Source of the DNA: an uncultured delta proteobacterium
GTDB taxonomy: Bacteria; Desulfobacterota; Syntrophorhabdia; Syntrophorhabdales; WCHB1-27
Assembly (NCBI GenBank): GCA_963810935.1
Contig: CAWEPK010000012.1
Span: 64,001 to 128,000, forward strand
Direction: 5' to 3'
Length of the DNA stretch: 64,000 nt
The position numbers and the translations under genes are program-made. Shown here piece by piece: positions 59,777-64,000 of this stretch. The notes beneath the pieces are model-generated. The model worked only from the letters and a program-made list of their open reading frames with translations, did not search any database and was not told the origin of the DNA. The first letter of the stretch is position 1, and every line of letters starts with the position of its first letter.

Positions 59777-61394
59777 ATGGCGATAGTGTCAGGAAAACCG
59801 CGATACTATTATCCTTTGCCGGAGAGACCACCGCCCCCGCCCGTAGACTGCGACGTTTGCGTCTACGGTGCAACCTCCGCGGGCGTCAGTGCCGCCGTAC
59901 AGGCCGCAAGCCTGGGAAAGAAGGTCGCCCTCGTCGAGTTCGGCAACCACATCGGCGGCATGACGACGTCGGGCCTGAGCGCTACCGACATCGGCGACAG
60001 GCACGTGATAGGCGGCCTTGCCCGCAGGTTCTACAGGGACGTCGGGCAAAAATGCGGCCTGGACGAGGCCTGGCTTTTCGAGCCGCACGTTGCGTTGGCC
60101 GTATATGAGGAATGGATCGAAAAGCACTCCGTAGGCCTGTACCTGGAACAACGCCTCGCCTCGGTGAAAAAATCGCACGGCCGGATCGTCTCGATGGAGA
60201 CGGAGGGTGGCGGCTCTTACAGGGCCGCGGTCTACATCGACGCGACGTACGAAGGCGACCTCATGGCCGTTTCCGGTGTGAGCTTCGCGGTAGGACGGGA
60301 GAAAGATTCGGTCTATACGGAGCTTTTCAACGGCATCCAGTACGGCCGTCAGCATGATTTCCTGCGCTTCGTCGATCCGTACAGGAAACCGGGCGACCCC
60401 TCGAGCGGCCTGATCGTGGGCGTCTCCGATATGGCGCTCGGCACCCAAGGCGACGGCGACGGGCTGGTCCAGGCGTACAACTTCAGGCTATGCCTTACAA
60501 AGGAAAAAGGGAACAGGGCCCCTTTCGCGAAACCTTCTGACTACGACCCCGAACGTTACGAGCTGCTCAGGCGCTACATCGACGCCCGCGTATTCGACGT
60601 CTTCAACCTGAACAGGCCCATCCCGGGCAGAAAGACGGATTTCAACAACTGGGGCGCGGCTGGCAGCGACAACATAGGGGCGAGCCACGGCTGGCCGGAG
60701 GGCAACTACAAAGAGCGGGAGCGCATTTACCAGGACCACGTGAGCTACACGCAGGGGCTGCTTTATTTCCTTGCGAACGACCGCCACCTTCCGCAGCTCG
60801 TGCGCTCTATTGCCGGCGCCTGGGGGCTCGCCGCCGACGAGTTCACCGACACCGGAAACTGGCCGCCCCAGCTCTACGTCAGGGAGGCGCGGAGGATGTC
60901 CTCCGATTACATCATGACGGAGCACGATTCGTTCGGCAGGAATTACGCCGGCGATTCCGTAGGCATGGCGAGCTACCGCATGGACTCCCACAACTGCAAG
61001 CGCGTCGTATACGCGGGCCGCGTGGTTAACGAGGGGGACGTCGAGGTGACGCCCCTCGACCCCACCCATCCCGATATCGTACCGTGCGATCAGGCCGAAG
61101 CGCGACGAGTGCACGAACCTGCTCGTACCCGTCTGCGTCTCCTCCTCGCACATAGCGTACGGCTCCATGCGGATGGAGCCCGTCTTCATGACGCTCGGAC
61201 AGTCCGCGGGCGTAGCCGCCGTCCTCGCCATAGAGAAGGCGGGCGGGGTCGTCCAGGACATCTCGTACAGCGACCTTGAGGCACGCCTGAAAAGCGCGGG
61301 CGTCATCACCGAGGAGCCCGGCATCGATGAGAGGAAGCAACGGCCTGGACAAGGGGCGCTGCCCCCGAAACAGGAGCAAAGCAAGGAGGTACCC
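59777..61394 (+). CDS. FAD-dependent oxidoreductase; frameshift near 61065, 3' end runs in frame into chaB
   Basis: [63 protein letters not shown]. Confidence 0.82.
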
Positions 61395-61634
61395 ATGCCG
61401 AAGGAAAAGAACATCGAAGACCTGCCCAAAGGGGCACAGGACGTACTGCCCGAGCATGCAAAGCAGATATACAAAGAGGCCCACAACCACGCCCTCGAAG
61501 AGTACAAAGACCCGAAAAAGCGCAGAGGCAGCGAATCGCTGGAAGAAGCCGCCCACAAGGTCGCCTGGGCCGCGGTAAAGAAGGAATACGAAAAGGACCA
61601 CAAGACCGGGCACTGGAAGAAGAAGGCAGGCTGA
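61395..61634 (+). CDS. chaB: ChaB family protein
   Basis: DLP.....LPEHA..IYKEA.N.A...Y...[27 protein letters not shown]. Confidence 0.92.
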   Translation: MPKEKNIEDLPKGAQDVLPEHAKQIYKEAHNHALEEYKDPKKRRGSESLEEAAHKVAWAAVKKEYEKDHKTGHWKKKAG

Positions 61635-61708
61635 AATCTTTCCTGGTTGCCTATTAGGAACATCAATGATTACTTGACTGGCCGCCCCGATAGAGTTATC
61701 TCTTAGGA

Positions 61709-62860
61709 GTGGACCCGATTGCCATTCTGATTGCCGTTGGCGCACTGGTCCTTGTCGCCGTTGTCCTGTGGGACGGCTTCGAGACAATCGTGCTGCCCCG
61801 CCGCGTCAGCCGTCGCCTAAGGCTCACCCGTCTCTTCTACCGGGCCACATGGTTTCTCTGGCGCGTCCCCTCCCGAAGGTTCCTGTCGAGCCGCCGCCTG
61901 GAAAATGTGCTCGCCTACTACGGCCCCCTGTCGCTGCTCCTCCTTATTATCGTCTGGGCGGGGGCGCTCGTCTTCGGCTTCGCCTTGATCGATTATTCAC
62001 TCGGCGCTTCTTATGCAGGCCGGGGGGAGCACTACTTCATTTCAGACCTCTACGTAAGCGGCACTACCTTCTTTACACTGGGTCTCGGAGACATAAGGCC
62101 GATCTCGGCAGGGGCGCGGCTGCTGACGGTCGTGGAAGCGGGGCTCGGCTTCGGCTTCCTCGCCCTGCTCATCGCTTACCTGCCCGCCCTTAACCAGTCG
62201 TTCTCACGCCGCGAGGCGGACATCTCGATGCTCGACGCCAGGGCCGGCTCTCCGCCCAGCGCAGCCTGCCTGCTGGAAAGGCATAACCATGAAGGGGGGA
62301 TGGAAGAGCTGCGGGACCAGCTCAGCCAGTGGGAGAGGTGGTCCGCCGAGCTTCTCGAAAGCCATCTCTCCTATCCGGTCCTCGCTTACTACAGGTCGCA
62401 GCACGACGACCAGTCGTGGCTGGCCGCCCTCACCGTGATGCTCGACGTCTCGGCAGTGCTCATGGCATTCACGAGCGGGCTCGCCGCGAGGCAGGCACAG
62501 CGGACCTTCGCCATAGCGCGCCACGCGGTCGTCGACCTGGCCGTAGTCTTCAACAGACCGCCCGAAAGGCCGAAAAGGGAGAGGTTGGATGAAAAAGGGT
62601 TCCTGCGGCTGAAGTCCGCTTTTGAGGCCTCCGGCCTCACATTGGACGACCCGGCCGACTCCGAGAGCAGGCTGAACGTCCTTCGCAGCCTCTACGAACC
62701 GTATGTCGAGGCCCTGGCCCGTCATTTCATTCTCGCCGTCCCGCCCTGGATAGCGGAAGCGGATAAGGCTCCGGACTGGCAGAGAAGCCCCTGGGAGGAT
62801 ACGTCCGCGCCGTTAGTCGATATTGTGTCGGACGAATGGAGAAACCACCACTTCCGCTAG
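61709..62860 (+). CDS. Potassium channel family protein
   Basis: Pore signature SGTTFFTLGLGDI between TM helices; ESHLSYPVLAYYRSQH C-terminal region. Confidence 0.85.
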   Translation: MDPIAILIAVGALVLVAVVLWDGFETIVLPRRVSRRLRLTRLFYRATWFLWRVPSRRFLSSRRLENVLAYYGPLSLLLLIIVWAGALVFGFALIDYSLGASYAGRGEHYFISDLYVSGTTFFTLGLGDIRPISAGARLLTVVEAGLGFGFLALLIAYLPALNQSFSRREADISMLDARAGSPPSAACLLERHNHEGGMEELRDQLSQWERWSAELLESHLSYPVLAYYRSQHDDQSWLAALTVMLDVSAVLMAFTSGLAARQAQRTFAIARHAVVDLAVVFNRPPERPKRERLDEKGFLRLKSAFEASGLTLDDPADSESRLNVLRSLYEPYVEALARHFILAVPPWIAEADKAPDWQRSPWEDTSAPLVDIVSDEWRNHHFR

Positions 62861-63321
62861 GCGTCCGGGCCGTAAGTCCCGCGCACCCTTTTCGACTTCT
62901 TCAGATAGAGCCGCCACGCGCCCGCATAGATCAGGGTGAAAAAGGAATTGAGGAAGTTTATATACAGGGTTTCCCGGTTTGAAAGCTGCTCCGAGCGCAG
63001 AAAAAAAGGAAGAAAAGGCGATACGATCGCATATGCCGATATGACGGCGAAGTACCGGCGTGCCGTTTGCGGTGCGCCCGGTGTACGCCTGAAGAGCGAC
63101 ACGCCTGCATAGAGGCTGAAAACCGCCAGTGCTATCCCTACTATTCCGTTGACCATTATGAGATGGAAGAGCCCCGGCTGCTGGACGAAATAAGGCCTCG
63201 CCACCTCGCTCACCGTGAAGAGGTTGACAAGGACAGCCATCGGGTCGAGGATCGTCAGGTTGAGGCAGAGCAACAGCAGCCAGCCCCGCACCCCTTTTTG
63301 CTCCGACCCTGTAATATCCAC
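62857..63321 (-). CDS. DUF2569-like membrane protein
   Basis: GV.GWLLL; W..YL.KSKRV..TY; four TM segments. Confidence 0.75.
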   Translation of the reverse strand: MDITGSEQKGVRGWLLLLCLNLTILDPMAVLVNLFTVSEVARPYFVQQPGLFHLIMVNGIVGIALAVFSLYAGVSLFRRTPGAPQTARRYFAVISAYAIVSPFLPFFLRSEQLSNRETLYINFLNSFFTLIYAGAWRLYLKKSKRVRGTYGPDA

Positions 63322-63554
63322 GAATGACCCCTTTGTCCCAGAATTTTATCGCCGCTATAATCTACAATGGCCGCTTCGATTTGTCGAGAACCGGCCTCGC
63401 TGCTTGAATATCCCGCTCCCGCGCCCCTTTTTTAAGTCCGGTCCGGCCTATAAGACAACAAGACTTCGAAGCGTCCCGCCATTATAATCTGATTCGTTGA
63501 TAAATAGCAGGGCGTCGCGAGCTTCAACCATGAGATGCCTTAAAGGATAGCGCC

Positions 63555-64000
63555 ATGCAACGTAACGTATCCGTAAACCTCGGCAACCTCGTCCTCTCTT
63601 TGTCCGACGCTATGGACCTGGCCAGCCCGGAGCTGGCCCAGCACCAGCAGCGCACGGGCTTCGTCGCCTCCGAGCTGGGAAAGGCCGCCTGCCTTCCCGC
63701 CGGCCGTCTCGAAAGCGTCTTCATGGCCGCCCTTCTCCATGACGTGGGCGCGTTCTCCATCGAAGAGAAAATGGCGCTCCACAGCTTCGAGACCGAAGAG
63801 ATAGACCTGCACTGCGAGCGCGGCGCCGCACTCCTGGAGACCGTACCCTGGCTCCAGGACGAGGCGCGGCTGGTCAGGCGTCATCATACCGAATGGCGCC
63901 GGTGGGAAGAGCCCATAGAATCGCCTATCGTCTTCGACTCCCAGATCCTCCTGATGAGCGATTACCTGGAGCGGCTGATCGACCGTAAAAAGTACATCCT
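63555..64000 (+). CDS. HD-domain phosphohydrolase (HD-GYP-like), 3'-truncated by window edge
   Basis: Not in the ORF track. ATG at 63555 reads MQRNVSVNLGNLVLSLSDAMDL...HQQR...AALLHDVGA...HC..G...HH, open to the end. Confidence 0.85.
   Translation, partial: MQRNVSVNLGNLVLSLSDAMDLASPELAQHQQRTGFVASELGKAACLPAGRLESVFMAALLHDVGAFSIEEKMALHSFETEEIDLHCERGAALLETVPWLQDEARLVRRHHTEWRRWEEPIESPIVFDSQILLMSDYLERLIDRKKYI

Noticed and set aside
1474..62725. Many long antisense or alternate-frame ORFs (e.g. 1474-2397, 12335-13519, 15540-16676, 35824-36948, 60488-61666)
   Set aside because: These are shadow ORFs expected in high-GC DNA opposite well-supported genes, and none has a protein motif.

Overview
GC-rich bacterial chromosomal segment. 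Gene content (DVU_155x/trs cluster, DUF362, DUF3047, TRAP, sigma54-type promoters) points to an anaerobic Desulfobacterota/deltaproteobacterium; this taxonomy is inference. In order it holds: trmI (partial), an mla lipid-transport operon preceded by an exported acetolactate decarboxylase, a citG remnant, a large SACCP/MauG-type di-heme protein, a deacetylase/radical SAM/DUF3047 group, an SBBP beta-propeller lipoprotein, a protease, and signalling genes. Next come a complete but circularly permuted type II secretion cluster (JKLMN-CDE-FGHI), a Phd/RelE TA pair, a partial trs cluster, a small IS200/IS605-like palindromic element and an HTH-PBP regulator. An ~8.3 kb TetR/TolC/RND/SDR island follows, embedded in a nested A-cargo-B-A'-cargo-B' repeat architecture with no integrase. 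The window ends with DUF362/polyferredoxin, a TRAP transporter, cls, an FAD oxidoreductase/chaB, a K+ channel and a partial HD protein. About 12 small frameshifts in otherwise intact genes suggest uncorrected long-read errors. No rRNA, tRNA or CRISPR array was seen. The best leads are the nested-repeat island and a sigma54-like promoter with three 20-bp-phased palindromes driving a receiver-like protein plus a His-less kinase.
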